64,000 nucleotides of DNA. It comes from Chloroherpetonaceae bacterium (lineage in GTDB: Bacteria > Bacteroidota > Chlorobiia > Chlorobiales > Thermochlorobacteraceae). Location: assembly GCA_046292465.1 (NCBI GenBank), contig JBKBRB010000006.1, positions 5,520-69,519 on the forward strand, given 5' to 3'. Below, piece after piece: positions 41,743 to 52,267 of the stretch. Every line of letters starts with the position of its first letter. Within the stretch, counting starts at the first letter, position 1. The notes beneath the pieces were generated by a model. That model did no database searches and was not told the DNA's origin. It saw nothing but the letters and a program-made list of their open reading frames with translations. A program made the position numbers and the translations under genes.

Positions 41743-42918
41743 ATGTCTGAAGTCTACATTGTCAGTGCTGTTCGCACTCCGATTGGAAGTTTTCAAGGTT
41801 CGCTTGCCTCGCGCCCAACCGTTGAATTAGGTGCGGCTGTGGTCAGAGCCGCCGTCGCACGTGCAGGAATTTCTCCGACCGATGTTGAAGAATGCACGAT
41901 GGGTAATGTGCTTGCGGCAGGCGAAGGACAAGCACCTGCGCGTCAAGCCGCGATTTTCGGCGGTTTGCCCGTCTCGACCGAATGTTTGACGATTAATAAA
42001 ATGTGCGGTTCAGGCATGAAAGCCGTCATGCTTGCGGCGCAATCGATCATGCTTGGCGACGCACATGTGGCTGTTGCAGGCGGCATGGAATCGATGAGCA
42101 ATGCGCCCTATCTGCTTCCGAAGGCGCGAACAGGTTATCGCTATGGCAACGGTGAAATCATTGACTCAATGCAGTATGACGGACTCTTTGATGTCTATAA
42201 TCGATACTTGATGGGCAATGCGGCTGAACTCTGCGCTCGTGAGTGCAACATTTCCCGACAAGCGCAAGATGAATTTGCTATTTCAAGTTATGAGCGAGCG
42301 ATTAAGGCACAGAAAGAAGGATTGTTCAAAGATGAAATCGTCAGCGTGGTTTGGAATGAGCGTGGCAAAGAAGTTTCTGTTTCAGAAGATGATGAGCCCA
42401 AAAACTTCCGTCCCGATAAAATTCCGACCTTGAAGCCTGCTTTTGAAGAAGGCGGCACAGTAACGGCAGCAAATGCATCCAAAATCAATGATGGTGCGGC
42501 GGCTCTTTTAGTCATGTCGTCTGAAGCCGTTAAGCAAAAAGGCGTTAAGCCGATTGCAAAAATTGTTTCGATGGCAACGGCGGCAAAAAAACCTGAATAC
42601 TTCACCACAGCTCCGATTGATGCGATACCAAAAGCACTCAAAAAAGCCAATCTCTCGCTGAACGACATTGACCTTTTTGAAGTCAATGAAGCCTTTGCCG
42701 TTGTAACCTTAGCGGCGGAAAAATCGCTTGGCATTCCGCACGAGAAAATGAATGTCAATGGCGGCGCTGTTGCGCTCGGACACCCAATCGGCGCAAGTGG
42801 CGCACGAATTTTAGTAACGCTCCTACACGCCCTTAAACAACGCAATTTGAAGCGCGGACTTGCGGCAATTTGTCTGGGCGGCGGCGAGGCGGTTTCTATG
42901 ATTGTTGAACTTGTTTGA
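41743..42918 (+). CDS. Acetyl-CoA C-acetyltransferase (thiolase)
   Basis: 'AVRTPIG', 'NKMCGSG', 'NEAF', 'GHPIGASG', 'CLGGG'. Confidence 0.95.
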   Translation: MSEVYIVSAVRTPIGSFQGSLASRPTVELGAAVVRAAVARAGISPTDVEECTMGNVLAAGEGQAPARQAAIFGGLPVSTECLTINKMCGSGMKAVMLAAQSIMLGDAHVAVAGGMESMSNAPYLLPKARTGYRYGNGEIIDSMQYDGLFDVYNRYLMGNAAELCARECNISRQAQDEFAISSYERAIKAQKEGLFKDEIVSVVWNERGKEVSVSEDDEPKNFRPDKIPTLKPAFEEGGTVTAANASKINDGAAALLVMSSEAVKQKGVKPIAKIVSMATAAKKPEYFTTAPIDAIPKALKKANLSLNDIDLFEVNEAFAVVTLAAEKSLGIPHEKMNVNGGAVALGHPIGASGARILVTLLHALKQRNLKRGLAAICLGGGEAVSMIVELV

Positions 42919-43000
42919 GAAACGTTTAGCCTTAGAAAATTTTTGTAGTCCCAAACACTTTTTTAATCACTCTTAACCTTAAACTCTTTGGAGGAATACA

Positions 43001-43303
43001 ATGGCGTTAATGATCACTGAGGAGTGCATCAATTGCTCCGCTTGCGAACCGGAATGTCCGAACACCGCTATCTACGAAGGCGGCAAACAATGGACGCTTT
43101 TCGGCGAAACATATGACCCGCTTGCAGAAAGCATTTATTATATCGTTCCCGATAAATGCACCGAGTGCGTCGGTTTCCATGAAGAGCCGCAATGCGCTGC
43201 CGTCTGTCCGGTCGATTGCTGCGTCTCCGACCCGAACTTTCCAGAAACGAAGGAAGAGCTCTTGGCAAAGAAAGAAGCGCTCGAAGCGGACAAGAAGCGA
43301 TAA
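43001..43303 (+). CDS. 2x[4Fe-4S] ferredoxin (YfhL-type)
   Basis: 'CINCSACEPECP' and 'CTECVGFHEEPQCAAVCP'; RBS GGAGG. Confidence 0.93.
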   Translation: MALMITEECINCSACEPECPNTAIYEGGKQWTLFGETYDPLAESIYYIVPDKCTECVGFHEEPQCAAVCPVDCCVSDPNFPETKEELLAKKEALEADKKR

Positions 43304-43319
43304 TTATTTACATCTCTTC

Positions 43320-43350
43320 AAAGGCGATTCAGCAATGAGTCGCCTTTTTT
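43320..43350 (+). terminator. Rho-independent terminator
   Basis: aaaggcgattca-gcaa-tgagtcgccttt plus T-run. Confidence 0.85.
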
Positions 43351-43437
43351 GTTTTCGTTCTCGCTTTCAGCGTATGATTGCAAAAGCACACGTCGCAATT
43401 GTAACTTCCCGCCTAATGCTTCAACGAACAACCGTGC

Positions 43438-44301
43438 ATGGAACTGGCTATCATTTTCTTTCTTCAAGTCTGCCGAATCGCCGTGCCGTATTTGCTTACA
43501 TCGCTGGGCGCGACTTATTCAGAGCGAAGCGGCGTCATTAACCTTGCCCTCGAGGGCTTAATGCTCATTGGCGCGTTTGGCGCAACGATAGGACAGTTCT
43601 ACACTGGCTCGGCACTCGTGGGCGTGGGCGTTGCGGTCGTGCTCGGACTTTTATTTGCCGCGCTTCACGCGCTTGTAACCGTTACCTTCAAAGCCAATCA
43701 AATTGTTTCAGGCATTGCGCTGAACATTTTAGCCGTTGGGATGACGAAGTTTTTTCTGCGCGTTCTGTTCGGGAGTGCGTCCAATTCAGAGCGAATCGCA
43801 GGCATTGACGCACCCTCTGTCTTGATTGACCCGATTTTTCTTTTCGCGCTTATCGCGATTCCCCTTTCGCATCTCATTTTTTTCAAGACGCCCTTTGGCT
43901 TGCGTTTGCGAGCCGTTGGAGAAAACGCTGAAGCCGCCGCCACGCTTGGCATTTCCGTTTCGACCATGCGCTACCAAGCCGTGCTGATTTCGGGCGTTTT
44001 AGCGGCGATTGCAGGCGCGTTCCTTGCCTTTCAGCAACACAGTTTCACGGACGGCATGATTGCAGGTAGAGGCTACATTTCCCTTGCGGCGATGATTATC
44101 GGCAAGTGGCTTCCCTTGGGCGCAGCAACGGCAAGCGTGCTTTTCGCCTCCGCCGAAGCCTTACAACTGAACCTACAAAGCGACGCGATTCCTACGCAAC
44201 TTGTGCAATCGCTTCCTTACCTCGTTACGCTCTTGGTGCTGGTGGGCTTTATTGGCAAATCCGTTCCGCCACGCGAAATCGGCAAGCCGTTTGAGAAGTG
44301 A
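43438..44301 (+). CDS. ABC transporter permease (nucleoside/sugar type)
   Basis: 'ERSGVINLALEG', 'TPFGLRLRAVGEN..AA..LGI', 'GRGYISLAAMIIG.W'. Confidence 0.88.
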   Translation: MELAIIFFLQVCRIAVPYLLTSLGATYSERSGVINLALEGLMLIGAFGATIGQFYTGSALVGVGVAVVLGLLFAALHALVTVTFKANQIVSGIALNILAVGMTKFFLRVLFGSASNSERIAGIDAPSVLIDPIFLFALIAIPLSHLIFFKTPFGLRLRAVGENAEAAATLGISVSTMRYQAVLISGVLAAIAGAFLAFQQHSFTDGMIAGRGYISLAAMIIGKWLPLGAATASVLFASAEALQLNLQSDAIPTQLVQSLPYLVTLLVLVGFIGKSVPPREIGKPFEK

Positions 44302-44305
44302 AATT

Positions 44306-46114
44306 TTATGACGGAAGTTGATTGACGGTTGAGGCACAAATTCCGCCTTGTGTCCCCTTCGCGCTTTTTTTCATTTCGGCAAGAATTGTACTGATTTCAT
44401 CCATCGTGAGCGGATTGCGATGTTTTGGAATCTCAAGCATTGATGCGCTGACGGTGAGAAGTGGAAACTGTTTGCTTTTTCCTTCACGGTCTTTGGACTC
44501 GATGTAGCCGCGTGTGCGGTCGGTTTCGTCGTAGTAAGGCTTAACGCCTTCGGTAAATTCTTGAATTGCCATAGCCGTGAGTTCGTAGGCTTCCTCGAAG
44601 CGAAGATTTTTGAAACCGACGAAGAAGTCGTCGCCGCCGATGTGTCCGATGAAGCAGTTTTCGCGCGACAATCGCTTTTGAAGAATTTCACCAAAGAGCA
44701 AAATCACACGGTCGCCATTGCGGAAGCCGTAGCGGTCGTTGTAAGGTTTGAAGTTATCGAAGTCGTAATAAACGAGCGTGTAGTCGGATTCAACATCGAC
44801 GAGGGCTTCCGACACGTAGCCGTAAATGAGCGTATTGCCCGGCAGTTTGGTGAGCGGATTTTGGTCGCGCGCCGCCATGAGGTTCTTTTCGTTCAAGACG
44901 CGCAAGAGGGCTTTCGCGCTTAGAAATCCGATATATTCCATCTGCGCCGTAACGATGATGCCTTCGACCGTTTCATCGACGGAAAAAATCTCTAACATCT
45001 TCTCCGCCTTCGTGTTGATGTCAACAATCGGACATTTGACGATAAAATCGCGAAGCGTTTTTCCAAACGATTTATTCTTCAAGAGCTGACGCCCATACAG
45101 TGAGTAGGTGTAGGCTTTCAAATCTTTTTCGCGCACAATGCCGACCGGCTCGTTGTTTTCGGTCGTAACGGGAAAGAAACTGTAATTATCAAACTCCAAA
45201 AACTTGTTGAAGACTTCTTCCATCGTCGCCGTAATCGGAATTTGCGGGATATACTCGGATTGATTGTAAATGATTTCTTGGTCTTGCGAGACTTTGCGGC
45301 GGTCTTTTCGGACGAGCATTTCCACCACTTCGTATTTGGTTTTCATCTCGCGTATATCCGTCGTGGCTTTTTGAATGTAATGCCCTTGAATGAGGTCGCA
45401 CCCTAAATCGCGGCAGATGTAAAATTCTTGTTCGGTCTCGATGCCTTCGGCGATGACGGTAATGCCCAAAAGGTGCGCCATGTTGATAATGCTAGCGACG
45501 AAGAAGCGTTTTTTAGAATCGTTCGAGATGTTGGAGATGAAGAATCGGTCTATCTTGATAAAATCTGCGCTGGCGTAATACATCAGTTGAAAGCCTGAAA
45601 AGCCCGTGCCGAAGTCGTCGATGGCGATTTTATAGTTTTGGCTTTTGGTCAGATGCAGAATTTGCATGACGGCGTCGCTTCCGCTGAGGCGGTGCATTTC
45701 GGAAATCTCGAAGCAAATCGCGCTGGCAGGCATTTTATATCGGGCGAGAATTTTCGCGGTATTGCCTTGTTGATAATCGGACATCTCGAGCACGCGATTA
45801 TCGACATTGAGAAAGAGTTTGATACGCTCTTGAAATCCTGAACGACAAAATTTCTCAATGGCTTTTTCGCGCAAGAGCAGTTCGACTTGGTAGAGCGCGC
45901 CTTCTTTATAGGCAGTTTCAAAAAACTCCCAAATCGTCTCGAAGCCTGCCGCTTGGTAATTTCGGAGCAAGGCTTCGAAGCCGAAGGTTGCGCCAGTATG
46001 GATATTGACAATCGGCTCAAAGGCGTGGTCAATGATGCCGAAAATAATCGTCCGCCATTTTTCAGCGATGGCTTTGGGGTCGAGTGCCGTTCTTTCTGTT
46101 ACAATATCGGGCAT
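44306..46114 (-). CDS. EAL-CBS-like-GGDEF c-di-GMP enzyme
   Basis: 'FEALLR', 'AIDDFGTG', 'IKIDR', 'AEGIET'; then 'NPLTKLPGN', 'DFDNFKPYND.YG', 'GGDDF'. Confidence 0.9.
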   Translation of the reverse strand: MPDIVTERTALDPKAIAEKWRTIIFGIIDHAFEPIVNIHTGATFGFEALLRNYQAAGFETIWEFFETAYKEGALYQVELLLREKAIEKFCRSGFQERIKLFLNVDNRVLEMSDYQQGNTAKILARYKMPASAICFEISEMHRLSGSDAVMQILHLTKSQNYKIAIDDFGTGFSGFQLMYYASADFIKIDRFFISNISNDSKKRFFVASIINMAHLLGITVIAEGIETEQEFYICRDLGCDLIQGHYIQKATTDIREMKTKYEVVEMLVRKDRRKVSQDQEIIYNQSEYIPQIPITATMEEVFNKFLEFDNYSFFPVTTENNEPVGIVREKDLKAYTYSLYGRQLLKNKSFGKTLRDFIVKCPIVDINTKAEKMLEIFSVDETVEGIIVTAQMEYIGFLSAKALLRVLNEKNLMAARDQNPLTKLPGNTLIYGYVSEALVDVESDYTLVYYDFDNFKPYNDRYGFRNGDRVILLFGEILQKRLSRENCFIGHIGGDDFFVGFKNLRFEEAYELTAMAIQEFTEGVKPYYDETDRTRGYIESKDREGKSKQFPLLTVSASMLEIPKHRNPLTMDEISTILAEMKKSAKGTQGGICASTVNQLPS

Positions 46115-46211
46115 GGCGATACTCAATGTTTTTTGGTTGATGCGGGTATTTACCTTCAATGTTGCAGAAATACGGTTTCGTTCCGATGTTTGGCGTTAAA
46201 AACATCACCTT

Positions 46212-47072
46212 TTATCGACCGTTCAGCGTCGCTAAAAACGATTTAACGGTTTGATTAAACACATCAGCAACTTCATGTTGCGGGCAGTGCCGCGTGTTCG
46301 GCAAAATGACGACTTCTGCTTGCGGCAAAATTTCTTGAAACTTCGGCACGACTTTATTAGGCGGAAATGCCAAATCTTCTGCGCCCCATACCAACAAGGC
46401 TTTTTCAGTATAGCGGCACGGTCTTGGAAATCGCTCAAATAAAAATCGTTCAGGATTGCGCGATGGCGCAAGGTAGGCGTGAATCGCGCCCGCACTGCGA
46501 AGTGGCTTTGCAAATTGCGCCACCAGTTCATCTGTAACTTGCGACACATCGAGATAAGTCGGCACTAAACTTTGACGCGCGCCAAATTCGTTGGCAAAGA
46601 GCATAAACATCGCCTCGCCGATTATCGGACTGCCTACTGCTCGATACAAAACGCGCTCAAATGCGCCAACTTCATCAGGAAAAATTCCCGACGCATCAAC
46701 AAGCACCAACGCCTTCAGCCGTTCGGGATGTTCATTGGCAAACCACAAACTCGACGCACCGCCCATCGAGTGTCCAACAAGAATAATTTTTTGCAAACCT
46801 TTGAACGCGATGAATGCCTCGATTTCCTTTGCCCATAACGCTAAGCCATACTGCGTATTCGGCTTTTCCGATTCGCCAAAGCCGAGCAAATCAATCGCAT
46901 AGACTTTGTAGTCTTGCTCGAGAACGGGGATATTACGATTCCAATGTTGCCACATTGCGCCATATCCATGAACGAGTATAATGGGAGGATTGGCATCATC
47001 GCCGAACTCGGCGTATCGGCACTTCGCCGTTTTGCCGACTTCATATTCAAACGAAAAAAAACTTTCAGACAT
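46212..47072 (-). CDS. Alpha/beta-fold hydrolase
   Basis: 'VHGYG', 'DLLGFGES', nucleophile 'GHSMGG', 'HCPQHE'. Confidence 0.9.
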   Translation of the reverse strand: MSESFFSFEYEVGKTAKCRYAEFGDDANPPIILVHGYGAMWQHWNRNIPVLEQDYKVYAIDLLGFGESEKPNTQYGLALWAKEIEAFIAFKGLQKIILVGHSMGGASSLWFANEHPERLKALVLVDASGIFPDEVGAFERVLYRAVGSPIIGEAMFMLFANEFGARQSLVPTYLDVSQVTDELVAQFAKPLRSAGAIHAYLAPSRNPERFLFERFPRPCRYTEKALLVWGAEDLAFPPNKVVPKFQEILPQAEVVILPNTRHCPQHEVADVFNQTVKSFLATLNGR

Positions 47073-47143
47073 CTTTTTCAACTTTTTCAGAACTACCCAA
47101 TTTAACGCCAATCCACCCATTTTAACGCGAAACCTTTTCAATT

Positions 47144-47914
47144 TTATGGCATTGTCAAGCCGCCATCGACCGAAATGGACTGTCCCGTAATCACGCGGCT
47201 AAAATCCGATGCAAAGAGCAACACAGATTCTGCAAAGTCTTCCACCGTCGTAACCTTGCGAAGCGGCGTAATGCCTGCAACGAACTCGAACACTTCTTTC
47301 GTCGTTGGCGCGCTGGCGTCCGTCAAAGAGAGCAATCCGCCTGCAATCAAATTCACGCGAATGCCATATTTGCCGAGTTCTGCCGCCATGTTGCGCGTCA
47401 GCCCAACCATTGCTGCCTTGGCAGTGGTGTAATCGTAATAGGTTACAACGGGATTATAGACGAGGTTGGTTGAAATGTTAATCACGCTTCCGCCGCCCTG
47501 CGCTTTCATCTGTGGCAAGCTCGCCCGAACCACATTGACCGCGCCGCCGACCGCTCCCTTGAACTGCGTTTCAAAATTTTCCCAAGTTACTGTCTCCACA
47601 CTCACGTAATTCGCAGATGGATTGAACGCATACTTCGGCAAGGCATTATTGACCACCACATCGAGCCGTCCAAAGGTCTTAACGGCGATTTCAACCATCG
47701 CTTTTACTTCTTCTTCCGACGTAACATCGGCGCGAAGTGCGATTGCCTTTCCGCCTGCCTGCACGATGCTTTTCACGACCTCATCGGCTTTGCTTTGGCT
47801 TTGGAAATAATTGACCACAACGCTTGCGCCTTCACGCGCCAAGACTTTGGCAATCGCCGCACCCACGCCGCGACTTGCCCCTGTAACGAGAGCAACCTTG
47901 TTCCTGAGCAACAT
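47144..47914 (-). CDS. SDR oxidoreductase (FabG-like)
   Basis: 'TGASRGVG', 'VVNNA', 'YTTAK' (YxxxK). Confidence 0.9.
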   Translation of the reverse strand: MLLRNKVALVTGASRGVGAAIAKVLAREGASVVVNYFQSQSKADEVVKSIVQAGGKAIALRADVTSEEEVKAMVEIAVKTFGRLDVVVNNALPKYAFNPSANYVSVETVTWENFETQFKGAVGGAVNVVRASLPQMKAQGGGSVINISTNLVYNPVVTYYDYTTAKAAMVGLTRNMAAELGKYGIRVNLIAGGLLSLTDASAPTTKEVFEFVAGITPLRKVTTVEDFAESVLLFASDFSRVITGQSISVDGGLTMP

Positions 47915-48214
47915 TGTTTTTGATGAGTTTGAATTGATTTTGAATTGATAACATGCGACGCAGAAACAGGCAGGAAAGAAGAATGTGTGCCAAGTATTCA
48001 GAAGAAGAACCACAAAGGTTCTTTTAGCGAAAGGCGTTGCATCATCTTTCCTTGCGTCAGTATTACCTGCGTCAAGTTCCTCGAGTTTGTTCTCAGCCGC
48101 TTTTGGCAGCACCCCGAAGATGATTGCGTGCAAGTGTAAGCAATTTTTTTACCATCAAAAAACGAAACTCACACTGATAATTGCGTAGAAAAAGATAGGC
48201 GCAGTTAAAATTCT

Positions 48215-48265
48215 TTGACAAAAATGTTAACGATTATTTAACAATTTGGTAATACTGCGTATAAT
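48215..48265 (+). promoter_or_regulatory. Promoter region with TTGACA and TATAAT boxes
   Basis: TTGACA at 48215-20 and TATAAT at 48260-65; too far apart for one promoter, so probably tandem promoters. Confidence 0.4.
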
Positions 48266-48318
48266 TGTGCACTGTCGCGTCGCTGAACGCTTTTTTCAAC
48301 TTTAACTTTTTTACGAAG

Positions 48319-48759
48319 ATGAAAAAGACCTTGCTCTTTATCGCTGTTGCGCTTGTTGGGATTACAAGCGTCGAGGCTCAGCCATCAGGGAATTGGACGT
48401 ATGTTGCCGAATCAAGCAATGCTAAGTATTTCGTCTTGAAGTCAAAGGAATCCATGACGATTAACCCGTCGGAACAAATGATGGAAATGTGGGTGAAAGT
48501 CGAGTTCAACCGAATCCAACCTAATGGCACGGCTTATCAGTTAGGACTGCAACGCTTTGACTTAAAGCATGATGAATTTGCCTTCCGCGAAGTCATTGGA
48601 TATGATGCGAGCGGCAAAGTCCTTTATCATCATCGTTATGATGATGCTGACCTTAATTGGCAAACGGCAGCGCTGCGCAGTGTTGGTGCAGAGTTGCTTG
48701 CCAACGCACAAACAACTTTCGCTGTGTTAACCAGCAAAGCCGTTGCAAGCGCACGCTGA
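48319..48759 (+). CDS. Small secreted hypothetical protein (surface-adhesin-E-like)
   Basis: Signal 'MKKTLLFIAVALVGITSVEA'; 'W.YV.ES....YFV...MWVK'. Confidence 0.65.
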   Translation: MKKTLLFIAVALVGITSVEAQPSGNWTYVAESSNAKYFVLKSKESMTINPSEQMMEMWVKVEFNRIQPNGTAYQLGLQRFDLKHDEFAFREVIGYDASGKVLYHHRYDDADLNWQTAALRSVGAELLANAQTTFAVLTSKAVASAR

Positions 48760-48791
48760 ATCTCTCTGCTCATCTCTTTGAGTCAAAACGC

Positions 48792-48818
48792 AAAAGCCCA
48801 TCGTGATGATGGGCTTTT
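48792..48818. terminator. Bidirectional terminator between convergent genes
   Basis: aaaagcccatc-gtgat-gatgggctttt. Confidence 0.85.
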
Positions 48819-48834
48819 GTATTTAGCAGGCATT

Positions 48835-49974
48835 TCATGAAATTTTAATGTCTGCGGGGTGTTTTTTGCGATGCAGGTTCACTTTGACAGGCTTCTGATG
48901 CAGAACGAACTGATTTCGCCCGTTGCGCTTTGCCTCATAGAGTGCTTCGTCAGCCTGTTGAATCACCAGCGATGTTGACAGACTCGGCATGGGCGTTATC
49001 ACATTCAGTCCTATGCTAATTGTAACGACTTCCGCGGTCATTGATGCAAGGTGAGGAATGTTGAGATGGCGAACCGCGTCACAGATTTTTCCTGCCATTT
49101 TCTTTGCTTTTTCTGAATCAGAGTTGGTCAGCAATACGAGAAACTCTTCACCGCCGTATCGTCCGACATAGTCCGTTGAACGGCGAAGAACAGTGCGAAT
49201 AGCATGCGCCACCTGCTTCAAACACATGTCGCCCGCTTGATGCCCATAAAAATCGTTATAGTTCTTAAAGTGGTCTATATCAATCATCATCACAGCGAGA
49301 GGCTCGGCATTGCGCATGGCTTTCAACCACTCGCGTTGCAATGTTTCGTCAATACTTCGGCGGTTTGGAATGCCTGTTAGACTATCAATTGTGGCAAGTT
49401 GTTCTAACTGCCTTTTGGCACGCTCCAATTCAATTAAACTTTCTTGCAGCCGCTCTTCTGCTGCGCGTCGCATGGCAATTTCTTGCTGAAGTTTATCTAC
49501 CTGCACGGAAAGCGCACGAACAGTTAGGTGTTCAGCATTTGCCATTTTCAAGCGAATGAGAAGATACGCCTGCTTCCCGTCGCGCACCGTGCATCCATCG
49601 AGCACAAATGGCATTATGCCTCCAGACGTCCTAAGTTCAGTTTGCTCAGAAACAAATGATGATGAAGCGGTAACTTTTTTTATCCAATCATTGAACTTAA
49701 AGCGGTCCGTAACAAGTGCGGAGAAGCAAGTTCCTTTAAGGTCTTCGCCTGTTAATGAAAAAATGGCACGCGCGGCATTGTTGGCAAGCAAAATTACCTG
49801 ATTGGGCAACAGCACCAGAATCGGCTCGGGAAGCGCTTGCAAAATGTTAAGGTATACCTTCTCTGTCATTTCTAAGGGCTCATTGGTTACACTTCTCTTA
49901 TCTTTTCTCAAAACGAACAGTCTTGAACGAATAGTGGCAACAGCGTTTGTTAGAATTTTTTCCAAACGCATCAC
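48835..49974 (-). CDS. PAS-coiled coil-GGDEF diguanylate cyclase (start may be 49869)
   Basis: 'ILQALPEPIL...ILLAN.AA' PAS; 'DSLTGIPNRR', 'DIDHFK.YND.YGH', RSTD I-site, 'GGEEF'. Confidence 0.9.
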   Translation of the reverse strand: MMRLEKILTNAVATIRSRLFVLRKDKRSVTNEPLEMTEKVYLNILQALPEPILVLLPNQVILLANNAARAIFSLTGEDLKGTCFSALVTDRFKFNDWIKKVTASSSFVSEQTELRTSGGIMPFVLDGCTVRDGKQAYLLIRLKMANAEHLTVRALSVQVDKLQQEIAMRRAAEERLQESLIELERAKRQLEQLATIDSLTGIPNRRSIDETLQREWLKAMRNAEPLAVMMIDIDHFKNYNDFYGHQAGDMCLKQVAHAIRTVLRRSTDYVGRYGGEEFLVLLTNSDSEKAKKMAGKICDAVRHLNIPHLASMTAEVVTISIGLNVITPMPSLSTSLVIQQADEALYEAKRNGRNQFVLHQKPVKVNLHRKKHPADIKIS

Positions 49975-50183
49975 TTCGTGCTTTAAGGTTGAAATACTAG
50001 GGCGGGTTATACGACAATCACCGTTAATGAATTGTGACGAAGCGCATACTCAACACTTAAACTGATGTCACTGAATTTTTATGCCCTTATTGACTGAACG
50101 AGATGGGTATATTTGATAACGGTTTTGTCAGGTAAGACTCGTAACACTTTGCATTTATCCGATTTTAGGCGAAGTTGTCGTGT

Positions 50184-51665
50184 TCATCGTTCAAACTTAG
50201 AGCCGCCCACGCTCGACATAATTTTGCCAATCATATCGCTGTAAATGCGCGTGGCTTCAAGTTCATCTTTGCCGACCATTGAGTTTTGGTGCAATCCTTC
50301 CAATACAAATTCCATTGCGGTGGCGAGTTCTTGTTTGTCTTTGGTTTGAAAGGTCTTTTCGGCAAACTCGCGCAAACCTTTGACTTTATCCAACGCTTTG
50401 AAATACTCCTCGAACTTCATGTCATCATAGATATCGACTTGATTGCCCTGCGAGAACCAGCCTGTAATGGTAGCATAAGCGCTCTGCCCTTGAACTTTCT
50501 TGTTAGGGTCAGGACAGTATTTTTTGAAGACTTGGTTAATGGCTTTGCCGATAAGCAGTTTAGCGACGTTAATTGCACCTTCTTGTTCGCCTTCATAGAC
50601 GAGTTCAACTTTGCCTGTGATGGCAGGCGTGACGAGAAACATATCAGAAATTCGCACGCAGGCTTCGGATTCATCGTGCATGATGGCGCGACGCTCGGCA
50701 CTGCTTACAAGGTTTTCCATCGCCGTAATCGTCAGGCGCGCCGAGACGCCCGACTTTTGGTCAACGTATTCGCTCCGACGTGCTTCAAAGGCAATATGTT
50801 CAATCATTTCTTTGAAGTAATACGGCACTTTGACTTCCACTTCGGACGGGCGTTTCGTCCATGCTTCTTGCTCCGTGATTTTAATGCCGATTTCAATCGT
50901 TTTCGGATAGTGCGTGATGATTTGTGAATCAATACGGTCTTTGAGCGGCGTGATGATGTTGCCGCGATTGGTGTAATCTTCAGGGTTCGCGGAATAAATG
51001 ATGAAGATATCGAGTGGGATTCTCACTTGAAAGCCGCGAATCTGAATATCTTTTTCTTGCATGATGTTCAGCAAGCCGACTTGAATGCGCGGTTGAAGGT
51101 CGGGCAGTTCGTTAATAGCAAAAATGCCTCGATTGGTGCGCGGAATAATGCCGTAGTGAATCACATTTTCGTCAGCGTAAGTCAATTTTTGCGATGCGGC
51201 TTTGATGGGGTCGATGTCGCCGATAAGGTCGGCAATGGTTACATCAGGCGTTGCGAGTTTTTCACCGTAGCGTTCCGAGCGATGCAGCCACGCGATTTCG
51301 GTTTCGTCCCCTTCGTGCAAGATCTTTTCACGGGCGTATTTTGAAATCGGATTGAACGGGTCGTCGTTGATTTCCGAGCCTTTGATAACAGGAATAAACT
51401 CGTCGAGCAAATTGACCATGAGACGAATGAGTTTGGTTTTGGCTTGTCCGCGCAGACCCAGCAGGATAATATCGTGTTTTGAAAGCAGTGCGTTTTGTAG
51501 CTGCGGAATAACCGTGCGCTCGTAACCAATAATATTCGGAAACGGATTTTCGCCGTCCTTCATTTTTTGAATCAAGTTTTCGCGAATTTCATCTTTCACT
51601 GAGCGCGTTCGATAACCTGCACGCTTTAATTCGCCGAGCGTTCTGATTTTCGTGATGTCTTTCAT
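50184..51665 (-). CDS. AAA+ ATPase (Mg-chelatase/MoxR-like), partner of the vWA protein
   Basis: 'LGLRGQAKT', 'ERYGEKLATPD', 'INELPDL.PRIQV.LLN', 'SANPEDYTNRG'. Confidence 0.85.
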   Translation of the reverse strand: MKDITKIRTLGELKRAGYRTRSVKDEIRENLIQKMKDGENPFPNIIGYERTVIPQLQNALLSKHDIILLGLRGQAKTKLIRLMVNLLDEFIPVIKGSEINDDPFNPISKYAREKILHEGDETEIAWLHRSERYGEKLATPDVTIADLIGDIDPIKAASQKLTYADENVIHYGIIPRTNRGIFAINELPDLQPRIQVGLLNIMQEKDIQIRGFQVRIPLDIFIIYSANPEDYTNRGNIITPLKDRIDSQIITHYPKTIEIGIKITEQEAWTKRPSEVEVKVPYYFKEMIEHIAFEARRSEYVDQKSGVSARLTITAMENLVSSAERRAIMHDESEACVRISDMFLVTPAITGKVELVYEGEQEGAINVAKLLIGKAINQVFKKYCPDPNKKVQGQSAYATITGWFSQGNQVDIYDDMKFEEYFKALDKVKGLREFAEKTFQTKDKQELATAMEFVLEGLHQNSMVGKDELEATRIYSDMIGKIMSSVGGSKFER

Positions 51666-51685
51666 AAATCGTTTGGTTGTTGTGC

Positions 51686-52267
51686 TTAACTGAAAATTGT
51701 TGATAGCGGCAATGCGAAGCCGTTGAGCCAGCCTTTGCCATAAAGCGTCTCTTTTTCGGTCAGGATTTCAGTTGGGTCGTTGTGAGAAGCGTTGTCGTAA
51801 ATCGTCAGTGTTTTTTGCGCCACATCGACAAGCCAAATTTCGCCTACACCCGCGCGTTTCCAAGTCTCGACTTTCTCTAAGGCTTCATTCATCTTGTTCG
51901 GTTGTGAGGCGACTTCCACGACAAGGTCGGGCACAACCGTCAGAAATCCTGCTTCAATTTCATCGACGCTTTTGATTTTTTCACGGCTGACGAAGGTTAC
52001 ATCTGCGCCGCGCACCGTGTCAGGATTGCGTTCCAGATATACGCCCGTTTCCGCTACGAAAAGAAATCCGAGATTTCGCTCTTCGACAAACGCACCAAGT
52101 TTACGCTCAATTTTTGAAGCGATATATCCATGTTTTCCGCCTGCGGGCATCGTTTCAATGGGTTTCCCTTTGAGGAGTTCGAATCGTTTCCCCGTCTCGC
52201 TTTGCAGTTCCATTAAGTCTTCGCCCGTCAGCAGTTTTTCTGCCGTTATCATTTCTTGCTCCTTCAT
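51686..52267 (-). CDS. Uma2 family (PD-(D/E)xK) putative endonuclease
   Basis: 'RFEL..G....MP.GG.HG', 'VRGADV.FV', 'PDLVVEVAS', 'GV.EIWLVD'. Confidence 0.88.
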   Translation of the reverse strand: MKEQEMITAEKLLTGEDLMELQSETGKRFELLKGKPIETMPAGGKHGYIASKIERKLGAFVEERNLGFLFVAETGVYLERNPDTVRGADVTFVSREKIKSVDEIEAGFLTVVPDLVVEVASQPNKMNEALEKVETWKRAGVGEIWLVDVAQKTLTIYDNASHNDPTEILTEKETLYGKGWLNGFALPLSTIFS

